A stretch of 64,000 nt of DNA from Candidatus Cloacimonadales bacterium (GCA_963662585.1 OY759729.1:1344001-1408000); one strand, 5' to 3'; shown: positions 1-9,502, numbered from the stretch's first letter. Numbers and translations: made by a program. Notes: generated by a model not told the origin, from the sequence alone.

Positions 1-881
1 TGCTGAATTATGAATGTCCCTTGAGAACTCTTAGTGTATGTAGGGTTTGAAACAATTTTAAAGTCTTTCTTTTGCACTGTTTCATTATTAATAACTGGAT
101 ATTCAAAGGCATCACTATACCTTGAAAAAAAACTGTTATAATTATTGATATTAATTTTCATTTGAATTGTTAGTACATATTCATTGTCTTCAAGTTCTTC
201 TAAAAACATATTTGAGTCAGCAGAATCAGTTTCTAATTCCTTAGAAAATGTTTTAAAAGTTACCCATATCTTTTCTTTTACAATCTCCGGTATATCATCT
301 TTAGTAACTTCTGGTTTCTTATTACTTTCGGTAGCAGAATATTGAACTAGATTATTGTTAGAAAGTTCTTTAGATGAATGATTACTTACACCATCTTTTT
401 TTTTTTGGTTTTCTCCTTGGTTTGTCTCTCTGTTATTAATTCTATTATTAATGATTAATTCTTTAGGTCTTTGAGGAACTTCTTTCTCTTTCTCCTCTTC
501 TACATTTGTTTTTATATCATTAGTTTTTAGTTTTACTCTTTCTTCTAGTAAAGAGATGTCCCTTTTTAGTGTATTTAATTTATAATTTAAGTCATCTTTT
601 TTTGTTTCAAGATGTTCAAATAATGAACGATAATCTCTACGATAATCTCTAAATGATAAATTATATTTTATGTCTATAGTATAAATTATAACATCTATCA
701 ATACTAATAAAGAAGCAATAATGAATACAAAGATATAAGCATAATATTTCTTGAAGCTTATTAAATTCAACTGGTTTAAGGGTTTAAAAAACATAAGAAG
801 AATAGTTACAATAAAAATCACTGTTATTATATAAAAGGTAATTCTCAATGTTATTATTCTATTAGAATATTTACTTTTCAT
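1..881 (-). CDS. Hypothetical membrane-anchored protein (two N-terminal hydrophobic segments, coiled-coil/low-complexity linker); C-terminus runs off the window
   Basis: Not in the ORF track. Manual translation from the ATG at 881 (MKSKYSNRIITLRITFYIITVIFIVTILLMFFKP...) stays open to position 1. It starts 4 nt after the stop of the 1086-aa ORF. Confidence 0.8.
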   Translation of the reverse strand, partial: MKSKYSNRIITLRITFYIITVIFIVTILLMFFKPLNQLNLISFKKYYAYIFVFIIASLLVLIDVIIYTIDIKYNLSFRDYRRDYRSLFEHLETKKDDLNYKLNTLKRDISLLEERVKLKTNDIKTNVEEEKEKEVPQRPKELIINNRINNRETNQGENQKKKDGVSNHSSKELSNNNLVQYSATESNKKPEVTKDDIPEIVKEKIWVTFKTFSKELETDSADSNMFLEELEDNEYVLTIQMKININNYNSFFSRYSDAFEYPVINNETVQKKDFKIVSNPTYTKSSQGTFIIQ

Positions 882-885
882 TAGA

Positions 886-3800
886 CTACTCCATTAGTAA
901 ATGATTTAGTTTTTTGATTAAATCCTGCATTCCGATAATAAAGATAGAACTAGACAAAGTTTGATATTTTTGATAATTATCAGTCATTGAAGTTCTAATT
1001 TTTCCCTCAATTTTCCCCCAATCATCAAATAAATCAAATAATAATTGATCCATATTCTTTAATTTTTCATCTTTGCTAAATATGTCTTTATACAGCTTAC
1101 TTTCCTTGACAACATTAAAGAAATAAACATTAAATTTATATAAGTTTGTCTCTTCTTTGATTAAATTTAACTCAGATAATTTATTATCTTTTTCATTAAA
1201 TATCTCATCAAATTCTGATATTTCTACAGAACATTCCTTAACGTTTCCATTAACATAAAGATTTTCATTAATCACAGGTGTATAAACTGAGTTCATGTCA
1301 GAGAATTTTTTATCCATATTGCACAATCCATATACAACTTCAGATTTATTTGAACTTGAAACTATGAAGTCAATATCCTTATCAACTTTTTCATCTGAAT
1401 GTCTTAGACTGAAATTAATGATAGTTTTGTAAATTTCCAATTCATCCTCTAGAATTTTATTCTCTACTGGACTTGTCCAAGTAATTGATCTTATTCCATT
1501 TCCTGCTAAACAGACATCAATTTTGGTGTAATCATTAACATAATTTTTCATTTGTGAGCCAATTTCAAAAAATAGAGCACTATAAAAATATAACAATATT
1601 AAGCGAGGTCTATTAAATTTATCTTGAGTTGTCATTTTTTTCATAGACTGAGTACTGATCTTTGAAACCATGATATTATAAATTGTTTTGAAATCTCCAG
1701 AATATGAATTCAATTCATTCTCGTTAACTTTATTGTCATATAGATATCTTTCTTTAATTATATCATATAAAGGAGAAATTATTTTCATATTGCTATCTTT
1801 ATAACCAATAACATTGTTACCTGCCCATAAATGACTAAATAGCATCAAAATTCCACCATTTTTCCAAATTGAAATATCTGATGATCCCCCTCCAACATCT
1901 ATTACAATTGAGAGATTTGATGAGTTTTTTTCAATTTTACCAATATGATTAAAGTACATTAAGCTTGCTTTACTTTCATCATAAGATTCAATATTCGGGT
2001 TGTTTAATATGTTACTCCACATGATATTATAATTTCTAATCTGTTCACTAGAGAAGGCTTTCGGATAAGCCCATCTAAATAAAGTACTTTCGAGATTAAC
2101 ACGTTTTTTAATAAGCTCTGCATAAACTAAAAAGAATATAGTTTTGAGAAATGCTTCAGACCTTACTTGATTTTCATTATTAATATGCCATTTTAAGTTA
2201 TAATATTCTTCTAGATTTATTCTCAAAATATTTAAATTTTTCACATAGGAAATTACAGAGTCACGTATTGGTATCGGATGTTCATTTCTTTTATCTATAT
2301 AAATCCTAGTATTAAATGGCATATTTACAGAATAATCTTTACTATTATCATTTAAAAAAACGTTAGGTAAAAACCAATTAGTTATATTTTTCCAAAAATC
2401 TGTAATTATTGGATTTGCTTTTATTTCTTTATCTGTTGGAGATATAGATGATATAAATTCATGTTTGTTAATATTTATCTCATCAAATAAAGAATTATAC
2501 TTCAACAATTCACAATTAGTATCATTTTGATGATCATCAATCAATATTGCTACATTAGTGTGGGAAGTCCCAAAATCAAAACCAACAATTGCATTGTTTT
2601 TACAATTCTCAACATCAGTTAAATTGCTTAAATTCAGTATCAAATAATTATAATTTTTGGATGTCTTTTCAATAAGCTTAATATATACTGGAAGTTTTTT
2701 TAAAGCCGCTACTTCAATTTGAGTTACATCTTGCTCCCCTGTTTTTCGAGAAGGATCATAAATTATAGGTGTAAATTTTGAATCATAAAATTCAACATTT
2801 AAATCAAATTTATCATTCAAACTCTTAGATACTAGCAAATAATATGGAAGTCGCCATTGTTTAGAATTTATTTTAGGCCATATAAGTACATTGGGTACAG
2901 GAGTTTCTTCATTAACAAATTTCAACAATATATTTTCTTCATTACTATTAACACCTTGATGATAATATTTATTAATATTGATAATTCCATTCTTAGTAGG
3001 TATATCTAAACTAACTTTAATACCTTTACTACCTGCATCTGAGATAGACAGATATTTTTCAACATCAGCATAGTCAAAGTAGGTGAAATACAAATCAGTC
3101 AGTGGTATTGTATATTTTGATAGAGAGCTTTCTTCCCCTAGAACAAAATTATTTTTATTGAAATCTACATTGTTTTGAATAATAAACGGAGTAAAAAAAT
3201 CGTGGAAAGGACTTATCCAAGGATATTTTACTTGTTCACCTGGAAGAACAAATCTATTCTTATTTTTTAATTCCGATAGTTTATAATTTTTATACCATTT
3301 ATAACTATCATAAATAACACTATTTACCATATTATGGTCAGGATTTATTATCAATGGTAGTATCCTTTGGTCACTTTTACTAGGATTAATTATTAAACCA
3401 GAGCTTAAAATACCACCTTTATAGATTCTTAATTTATCAAGCATTCCTTCTTCATTATTGAAAAGAGGGTCATTTTCATCTGGCAATTTAGAAAAACTAA
3501 TATTACAATTTTCACAAATACCTTTGTCTTCCAGAAGAGCATTATAAAGTACCTTATAATCTGGGTTACTCTTTAGTTCAGGCAACAGATAATACATAAT
3601 ATATATTTGAAACCGCTCAGGTCTGTCTTTTAATAAAACAGGTTTTCTAAAGTACCTCTTTAAGTATCGATTCTCTGTTATTTCCTGTGAAATGAAAAAT
3701 AAGGAATTGGGACATGTGCCTCCTAAAACAATCTCTCGATTACTTAGTGTTTTAATTGTTAAAATATTGATTTTCTTTATTTCTGGGCCAAAAGGAAACA

Positions 3801-4146
3801 GCTCAAAAATCTCTCTAATAATACTATCTTTATTATTTTCAAAAGTTACTTCATGTCTAATGATTTCAAATTCAAATCTATCACGGAAAAATAACATTTC
3901 TAATAAATCAAGTAAATAGGACATATAAACTATATGTAATGGGTTTTTATGATCTTCAATAATATTTATAAAATGAATCATTCTTTCCCAGGGAGATGGA
4001 ACAGAATATCCTTGGCTGGAACTTTCACTACTATTTTGTTCAATCATGTTATAAAAATTCTCAAAATCTTTGCTAAAGTCAATCCATTTACCAGGTGCTG
4101 GATTAGACATCTGGTTCTTATTCTTAGGTAGTAAGTGCCTTGGCAT
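886..4146 (-). CDS. Large protein with an unknown N-terminal half and a C-terminal actin/Hsp70 (ASKHA)-fold ATPase domain
   Basis: Phosphate-1 VGFDFGTSHT (~aa 522), WAYPKAF, connect-1 YDESKAS, phosphate-2 VIDVGGGSSDISIW (~aa 750), adenosine-like CLAGNG (~aa 882), connect-2-like KSEVVYGL. Confidence 0.8.
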   Translation of the reverse strand: MPRHLLPKNKNQMSNPAPGKWIDFSKDFENFYNMIEQNSSESSSQGYSVPSPWERMIHFINIIEDHKNPLHIVYMSYLLDLLEMLFFRDRFEFEIIRHEVTFENNKDSIIREIFELFPFGPEIKKINILTIKTLSNREIVLGGTCPNSLFFISQEITENRYLKRYFRKPVLLKDRPERFQIYIMYYLLPELKSNPDYKVLYNALLEDKGICENCNISFSKLPDENDPLFNNEEGMLDKLRIYKGGILSSGLIINPSKSDQRILPLIINPDHNMVNSVIYDSYKWYKNYKLSELKNKNRFVLPGEQVKYPWISPFHDFFTPFIIQNNVDFNKNNFVLGEESSLSKYTIPLTDLYFTYFDYADVEKYLSISDAGSKGIKVSLDIPTKNGIININKYYHQGVNSNEENILLKFVNEETPVPNVLIWPKINSKQWRLPYYLLVSKSLNDKFDLNVEFYDSKFTPIIYDPSRKTGEQDVTQIEVAALKKLPVYIKLIEKTSKNYNYLILNLSNLTDVENCKNNAIVGFDFGTSHTNVAILIDDHQNDTNCELLKYNSLFDEININKHEFISSISPTDKEIKANPIITDFWKNITNWFLPNVFLNDNSKDYSVNMPFNTRIYIDKRNEHPIPIRDSVISYVKNLNILRINLEEYYNLKWHINNENQVRSEAFLKTIFFLVYAELIKKRVNLESTLFRWAYPKAFSSEQIRNYNIMWSNILNNPNIESYDESKASLMYFNHIGKIEKNSSNLSIVIDVGGGSSDISIWKNGGILMLFSHLWAGNNVIGYKDSNMKIISPLYDIIKERYLYDNKVNENELNSYSGDFKTIYNIMVSKISTQSMKKMTTQDKFNRPRLILLYFYSALFFEIGSQMKNYVNDYTKIDVCLAGNGIRSITWTSPVENKILEDELEIYKTIINFSLRHSDEKVDKDIDFIVSSSNKSEVVYGLCNMDKKFSDMNSVYTPVINENLYVNGNVKECSVEISEFDEIFNEKDNKLSELNLIKEETNLYKFNVYFFNVVKESKLYKDIFSKDEKLKNMDQLLFDLFDDWGKIEGKIRTSMTDNYQKYQTLSSSIFIIGMQDLIKKLNHLLME

Positions 4147-4155
4147 CTTGTCTCC

Positions 4156-5526
4156 TTACAAAATATTGTTTAAGTTTTTTATGATTTTATCAATAAAGTC
4201 ACCCGTAAGATCAATATCATCAAATAATATTTTATCAAAGTATGAAGAATCTTTCTTTCTGTATTTATCTTTGTTATTAAATAATAATGTAGATAAATTT
4301 AGCTCTGAATCAATGATCTTCAAAGCAGGCGCATTATTACTCATTTGCCAAATCCAGATTTTGAACAATTCCATAAATTCAATTAGTTTTTTAAACTCGT
4401 TAGAATTTTCTATAAATGTAGGATAAGTAATATCTAATTTTCTTAACCAACCAATTCTATTTATTATTTTCTTGTTTTTGCTAATTAGTAATCCATTCAA
4501 ATCAATCAAGTAATTGTATATTAATCCCATTTTTTCAAATGGCTCATTCTTCTTTTTATGGGGTAGGTCTTCAGACATTAGCGAATAGTCATCAATATTT
4601 TCAGTGGGATTACTCGCACCAATTCTCATAAATGATGAATATTTTTTGTTTTCCCAAAAATTAATAGCTGAATATCCTGCAAGTAATTCTATAAAATGAG
4701 AATCATTGATCTGAGTTTTATTACCAATAGAATAATTATCAATTATTTTTGTATTTGCAAAATCTTCTCCGATGATATAAACACTGTCAAAATTCTCATA
4801 CTTCTCTTTATAGTACTGACAGGAAGAAATAGTATTACCAATGAAGTTAGCAGAATCTGGCAATATTTCATCTTTATCATTAGTATGTAAGTTTTTGTTA
4901 AGATGAAAATATGGAAGAATCAGAGATCCGCCAACAGAAGTTTTCGGCGATTGATTCTTTATCATTCGCGATATAACAGGAAAACCTGAAGCTCCTGTAC
5001 CTCCAAATACTGAACTAAACAGAAACACTTTATCATCTTCATTTTTTTTAAGTTTCTGGATTATTAAATCCCATGGAAATAATTTACTATTATTTATAAA
5101 GTTTGACATTAACAACGAACCTATCGATGGCCTAGCCCTATAACCAAAAGTTAGATCTAAATTAAGTTCCTTTTTTGAATATAAAAGGTCTAATAATGCT
5201 TGTTCATCTTCGTTTAAACCGTTATAATTTACTATTTTTTTTAGATTATTGTTTTCATTATTAATATTAACATGAGGATTTATCCTTTTAATTAAAGATA
5301 TTGAAGTAAAAAATAATGAACCTTTGCTTGGTTCCTTTAAATGTTGACGGATTTCCTGATAATGTTTAGCAAGATCTTCAGCCCTATTTGCATTACCATT
5401 CCCAGCATCTGGATCAATAATATATATATCTACTTCACTTGGACCTAATCCCATAGCACAGAGAAATATAAAAGATTCAAGACATCTTGTTCCTGTCCCA
5501 CCAACTGCAAAAATATGATAAGTCAC
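4156..5526 (-). CDS. Divergent tubulin/FtsZ-superfamily GTPase
   Basis: N-terminal IFAVGGTGTR, IIDPD, GYRARPSIG (aligns with FtsZ GAGxxPxxG), signature SVFGGTGASGFP, LILPYF. GTG start with an AAGGAG RBS, overlapping the upstream TAG. Confidence 0.85.
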   Translation of the reverse strand: MTYHIFAVGGTGTRCLESFIFLCAMGLGPSEVDIYIIDPDAGNGNANRAEDLAKHYQEIRQHLKEPSKGSLFFTSISLIKRINPHVNINNENNNLKKIVNYNGLNEDEQALLDLLYSKKELNLDLTFGYRARPSIGSLLMSNFINNSKLFPWDLIIQKLKKNEDDKVFLFSSVFGGTGASGFPVISRMIKNQSPKTSVGGSLILPYFHLNKNLHTNDKDEILPDSANFIGNTISSCQYYKEKYENFDSVYIIGEDFANTKIIDNYSIGNKTQINDSHFIELLAGYSAINFWENKKYSSFMRIGASNPTENIDDYSLMSEDLPHKKKNEPFEKMGLIYNYLIDLNGLLISKNKKIINRIGWLRKLDITYPTFIENSNEFKKLIEFMELFKIWIWQMSNNAPALKIIDSELNLSTLLFNNKDKYRKKDSSYFDKILFDDIDLTGDFIDKIIKNLNNIL

Positions 5527-5945
5527 TAAAAGCTCCTTTTATCGAAGATTCTTGTTATATATATCTTTTCTTTAAAAACACCTATTTCATTTAAAATCGT
5601 TATAATAATAATATAAACTAAAGCATTAACAATAAAGTGATTAATCACAAACATAAATATCATTGATGTTATATCTATTGTATCAAGAATAGCTAACTTT
5701 TTTATTGAAAGATAGATAGTATATATAGTATTCACACAAATATCAATCACAAAAAACAACCAAAAATAATATCTACCTTTTATCCTACTATAAGGAATAA
5801 AATAGTAACCAATAATTAAAAAAATTATAGTTCCCAAACCAACTAACATTGCCCGATCCATAGTAGTCATCCATGTATTGAGATTATCGGTTCCTAGTTT
5901 TGTAAGTTCTCCATATAATAAAAAATATACTATTTTATAAAGCAT
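5526..5945 (-). CDS. Small integral membrane protein (about 3 TM segments)
   Basis: 139 aa with three long hydrophobic stretches; tightly coupled to both neighbours. Confidence 0.75.
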   Translation of the reverse strand: MLYKIVYFLLYGELTKLGTDNLNTWMTTMDRAMLVGLGTIIFLIIGYYFIPYSRIKGRYYFWLFFVIDICVNTIYTIYLSIKKLAILDTIDITSMIFMFVINHFIVNALVYIIIITILNEIGVFKEKIYITRIFDKRSF

Positions 5946-5946
5946 T

Positions 5947-7227
5947 CTATTTCCTTTTATTAATTTTTAAGTAATACTCACTATTGCATAATTGCCCACT
6001 AACTAGCATTTTTTCATTAATTGCTTCAATTAATGAACTGATTTTATATGTCTTTTCTTTATTTTCTAAAATACTATCATCTTCAGTGTTATTCAGATAA
6101 ACCCATTTATATTTATCAATACTATCCCGAAAAGTTAATCTACATAAATACTCTCCAATCGAAGAATCCCCAAAAGGTAACAAAAAAGTTATCTTTTTTC
6201 CCTGATTACCAGAAATCACATTCTGAGAATTAAGATTAATCGACCCACTATATTTGGAATTTACTGAAACTAATGAATCTGTTATGTTTATTATTTTATA
6301 ATCAATAACATTTCCTATATCATAAGTAAAGTTTTTCAAAGTTATTCGTAAAGAATCAGCATTTTCATTCAAATTATACTCAGTCAATGGGATATTTTCA
6401 AATTGTTTATTCATATAAAAGGTAGGTGGAAAATTATAGCCATCAATATTATCAGAATATTTTAGATTGTTTGTCATTTTCTCACTAAATCTAATTGAAA
6501 AATCGAAAATATTTTTTACTTTCTTATTAATGAGATATTCGCTATTACTTCTACCTATGAATAACCCATAAATAGGTCTTTTTATTTGTAATACTTTAGG
6601 AAGATATTGCTTCTTTGCTTCTGAATAATAGTTTCCTAAAAAATCAATTTTTTTCATATAAATATTTAAGAAACCTTTTTTTGCAACCAGATCCGAAAGT
6701 TTAGCTGGAAATAATTGAGAATCGATTTCTGAGTATTCAGTTGATAGGATAAGATCTGTTAAAATTAAGTAGACAGAGTTAAAGTCATCTTTTTCAATAA
6801 AATCTATAACTTTTAAAAAATTGGTATATTGGTCATCATATTTCAAATGTTTCTCATTGTTTTTATCAGGCTTGATGTAATAAATTGATTCCGCAATATC
6901 ACCTTCAATTTCTTTAATACTAGATCCAAAAGTATATAATTTAATATCTTCATTGCTAAAATTGCTACATATTGAAGAAATTAATCCTACCATACTACTA
7001 TTACCAGTTGTATATCCTTTCATTGTTGCACTTACATCAATGAAAATCTTCATACTCTTTAATGAGTCAGAAGTTGAAGGTTGATAAACTCCGAAATATT
7101 CATTTAACACTGATAAATTTTCTTTTTTATCTTCAAATAAATTACTATCGTTAATTCCAGTATACTTATTACAACTAATGAGCAATGCCAATAAACATAA
7201 CATAAAAATGAATGATTTCACAGTCAT
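5947..7227 (-). CDS. Putative lipoprotein with a vWA/MIDAS-like domain
   Basis: Start reassigned to ATG 7227 (GGAG RBS). Signal peptide ends in lipobox-like LLISC. MIDAS-like IFIDVSATM ... YTNF ... LILTD. Confidence 0.65.
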   Translation of the reverse strand: MTVKSFIFMLCLLALLISCNKYTGINDSNLFEDKKENLSVLNEYFGVYQPSTSDSLKSMKIFIDVSATMKGYTTGNSSMVGLISSICSNFSNEDIKLYTFGSSIKEIEGDIAESIYYIKPDKNNEKHLKYDDQYTNFLKVIDFIEKDDFNSVYLILTDLILSTEYSEIDSQLFPAKLSDLVAKKGFLNIYMKKIDFLGNYYSEAKKQYLPKVLQIKRPIYGLFIGRSNSEYLINKKVKNIFDFSIRFSEKMTNNLKYSDNIDGYNFPPTFYMNKQFENIPLTEYNLNENADSLRITLKNFTYDIGNVIDYKIINITDSLVSVNSKYSGSINLNSQNVISGNQGKKITFLLPFGDSSIGEYLCRLTFRDSIDKYKWVYLNNTEDDSILENKEKTYKISSLIEAINEKMLVSGQLCNSEYYLKINKRK

Positions 7228-7255
7228 TATAATCTCCATTTTACTTAGTATACAA

Positions 7256-7284
7256 ATTAATAAAGGCATATCTTTTTTTGTCAA
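7256..7284 (-). promoter_or_regulatory. Possible sigma70-type promoter of the tubulin/actin operon
   Basis: TTGACA at 7284-7279 followed 16-17 nt later by TATTAAT. Confidence 0.35.
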
Positions 7285-7391
7285 GAGTTTATTTATTAGT
7301 AATAAAAATTTGGCATCATAATTGAATCATAACAATATAACTATCTATATTAACAATGAAGATTTATTAACTAAGCTAACATTTAACACAA

Positions 7392-7460
7392 ATCGAGTAG
7401 GGTGGTGCGTTAGCACCATCCCTCTCACAGAACCGTGCGTACGGGACTCGTACACGGCTC
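7392..7460 (-). ncRNA. Group II intron catalytic domains V and VI
   Basis: Short DV hairpin with AGC triad and CG bulge (7460-7430); DVI hairpin GGTGCTAACGCACC with branch-point region and AT 3' terminus. Confidence 0.9.
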
Positions 7461-7476
7461 CTGATAAACCTTGTAA

Positions 7477-8742
7477 TTATTCATAATAATTAAATAAAAC
7501 ACTTGTAGGTTTCGATAGTAAGTCATATAGCCCTAATTGCTCAAACCATTCATTAGGTAAAGCTCTATGAATATGATAACAACCAGAATTCCTCCAATGT
7601 GTCATAGATATTTTCGGAAAATCACTTTTATGCCCAACTCTTCTAAGTTGTTGGTGAAAAGCTTTCCAACTTTTCCATTCCCGCATTTTCTTCATTCTTA
7701 GTCGCCGCCTTATCCATGATAATAGAGACTGAAAGACTCCTTTGCAATTTGCCACCCTAAAGTAATTCGACCAACCTCTCAATATCGGATTAAGTCTTTT
7801 AATCATTGTCTGGACATTAATTCCGCTATTCCGTGGAGTCAGTGACCGAATCTTATCTTTGAACGCTTTTACTCTTTTATCCTCTATCTTTACATATGAT
7901 TCATGTATTTCGAAGCCAAGATACTTGACTCCTTTAAATACACTCGCAATATGTGTCTTTTCTTCATTTACGATGAGATAAATTGAGTTTAGATATTCTA
8001 CCGCAATTCGTTGATATTGTTCTGCTTTTTTCTTAGTCTTAGCAAAAAGTAAAATGTCATCAGCATAGCGTACTATCTCGATTCCTCGACTTTTCATTTC
8101 TTGGTCAAAACTATCAAGATATATGTTCATAAGAAGTGGAGAGATTACCCCTCCTTGTGGACTTCCTACTTCAGTTTCGCTATACTTCCCTTCTTGCATA
8201 ACACCAGACTTTAAGATTTTCTCTATCAACTTTAATAATGTTCCGTCACTTATTTTCCTATTTAATGATTGCATTATGAATTTATGATTTAATGTATCAA
8301 AACATTTTGATAAATCCATATCCACTACAAAAGGAAGCTCTTCCTGAACCATTAATATATGTGCTTTAGCCACTGCCTTTTGACAACTTTTGTTGGGACG
8401 GTAGCCATAGCTTTGTGGATGAAAATCAGGTTCAAAAATTGGTTGGATGATGTTATTTATTGCCTGCTGTACGATTCTATCTTTTACAGTAGGTATTCCT
8501 AATGGCCTCATCTTACCATTTCCTTTAGGTATCTCTACCCGTTTCACAGGTGATGGGATATACTTCCCACTTTTCAATTCTAAATGAATCTGCTCTAAGT
8601 TCTCTTGTAGAGTCTCACCAAACTTAGATATAGTAATATTATCTATACCTTCTGCACCTCTATTTTTCTTTACCTTTAGGAAAGATTCATAGAGATTACC
8701 TTTTGAGTAAACTTTATCAATTAAACTGTACCACTTTTTCAT
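7477..8742 (-). CDS. ltrA: Group II intron reverse transcriptase/maturase (no endonuclease domain)
   Basis: GAEGID, RPLGIPTVKDRIVQ, GSPQGGVISPLL, RYADD, maturase LNPILRGWSNYF; 421 aa with no HNH tail. Confidence 0.95.
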   Translation of the reverse strand: MKKWYSLIDKVYSKGNLYESFLKVKKNRGAEGIDNITISKFGETLQENLEQIHLELKSGKYIPSPVKRVEIPKGNGKMRPLGIPTVKDRIVQQAINNIIQPIFEPDFHPQSYGYRPNKSCQKAVAKAHILMVQEELPFVVDMDLSKCFDTLNHKFIMQSLNRKISDGTLLKLIEKILKSGVMQEGKYSETEVGSPQGGVISPLLMNIYLDSFDQEMKSRGIEIVRYADDILLFAKTKKKAEQYQRIAVEYLNSIYLIVNEEKTHIASVFKGVKYLGFEIHESYVKIEDKRVKAFKDKIRSLTPRNSGINVQTMIKRLNPILRGWSNYFRVANCKGVFQSLLSWIRRRLRMKKMREWKSWKAFHQQLRRVGHKSDFPKISMTHWRNSGCYHIHRALPNEWFEQLGLYDLLSKPTSVLFNYYE

Positions 8743-9502
8743 TTAGTTTCTCCTTTTTCACAATAAACAATGTTTAAATTATACTTTCAAATGACAGTTA
8801 ATTCAATGAAGACCTTCGAAGTTTTTAGCATAAAGCAATCTATCAAAGATTTTATAGGTTTTGACTATTATCCTTTTTTTAACTTCATCTACTCAGTCTC
8901 GTAAGGTCATGATAGAAAGAAGGTACTCACCACCGTCTATCCGAGCCTTGAATCTTTCGATTCTCTTCGTTTCCTACTTTTAAGAAAATATCTCTTTAAT
9001 TATGTTTATTCTTTGGTTTATCTTCATCCCTTCACATGAGATATTTCCTTTTGAAAAATATCCCCCAATATTACTAAGAATATTGTCCCCTCTGTTTTAT
9101 CCTCCAGTCTGTCACCAGCTTTCATAGGCAAAGGGTTAGTCACTACTACGGAATCATCTGCCACCTGCTTATGCTTAATACAACTCTTGCCTTTCAGCTT
9201 GTAGTCATAGTTACTCTATTAGAGACATTAACAGGCTTCCCCAGTTAAGCTATCCTGCCTGAATGTAAATCCATCTGTTGTAATCCATGTAATCGACTGA
9301 CTTTTGGGCGTTCTCACTTTTCGAAGAGTTACCCACTACATGAACCAAAATCAGTTTACTTTCGCTATGTTCCACATTCTTCCTGCGTCTTACTTCAGAC
9401 CCTGCCGTTGCCAGCAACGCCCTTGACCTCAGATTGACTTCCTGTCAGTTGGGTGTCAGGACTTCTTTCAGTCCATCGGCTCAGATAACATTCTGGGCAA
9501 AC

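Larger units (their letters stand above)
7392..9502 (-). mobile_element. Group II intron, class IIC-like, apparently full length (~2.1 kb)
   Basis: 5' end GTTTGCCCAG lies just downstream of a terminator hairpin. It has an internal RT/maturase ORF, domain V GAGCCGTGTACGAGTCCCGTACGCACGGTTC, and domain VI ending CTACTCGAT at 7392. Confidence 0.9.

Noticed and set aside
4156..5526. Calling this gene ftsZ and its neighbour ftsA or dnaK
   Set aside because: The signature deviates, there is no FtsZ C-terminal peptide or dcw context, and the neighbour is far larger with a different architecture
7300..7392. Integron attC site as the intron target; sigma-54-like TGGCATCATAATTGA at ~7311
   Set aside because: No attC R/L box pairing is recognisable and a terminator explains the target. 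The sigma-54-like motif lacks the -12 GC and points away from the operon.
7477..8742. Reverse transcriptase as a retron, DGR or defence RT belonging to the adjacent island
   Set aside because: It has a maturase domain and is enclosed by clear group II intron termini with DV/DVI; no template/variable repeat pair was seen
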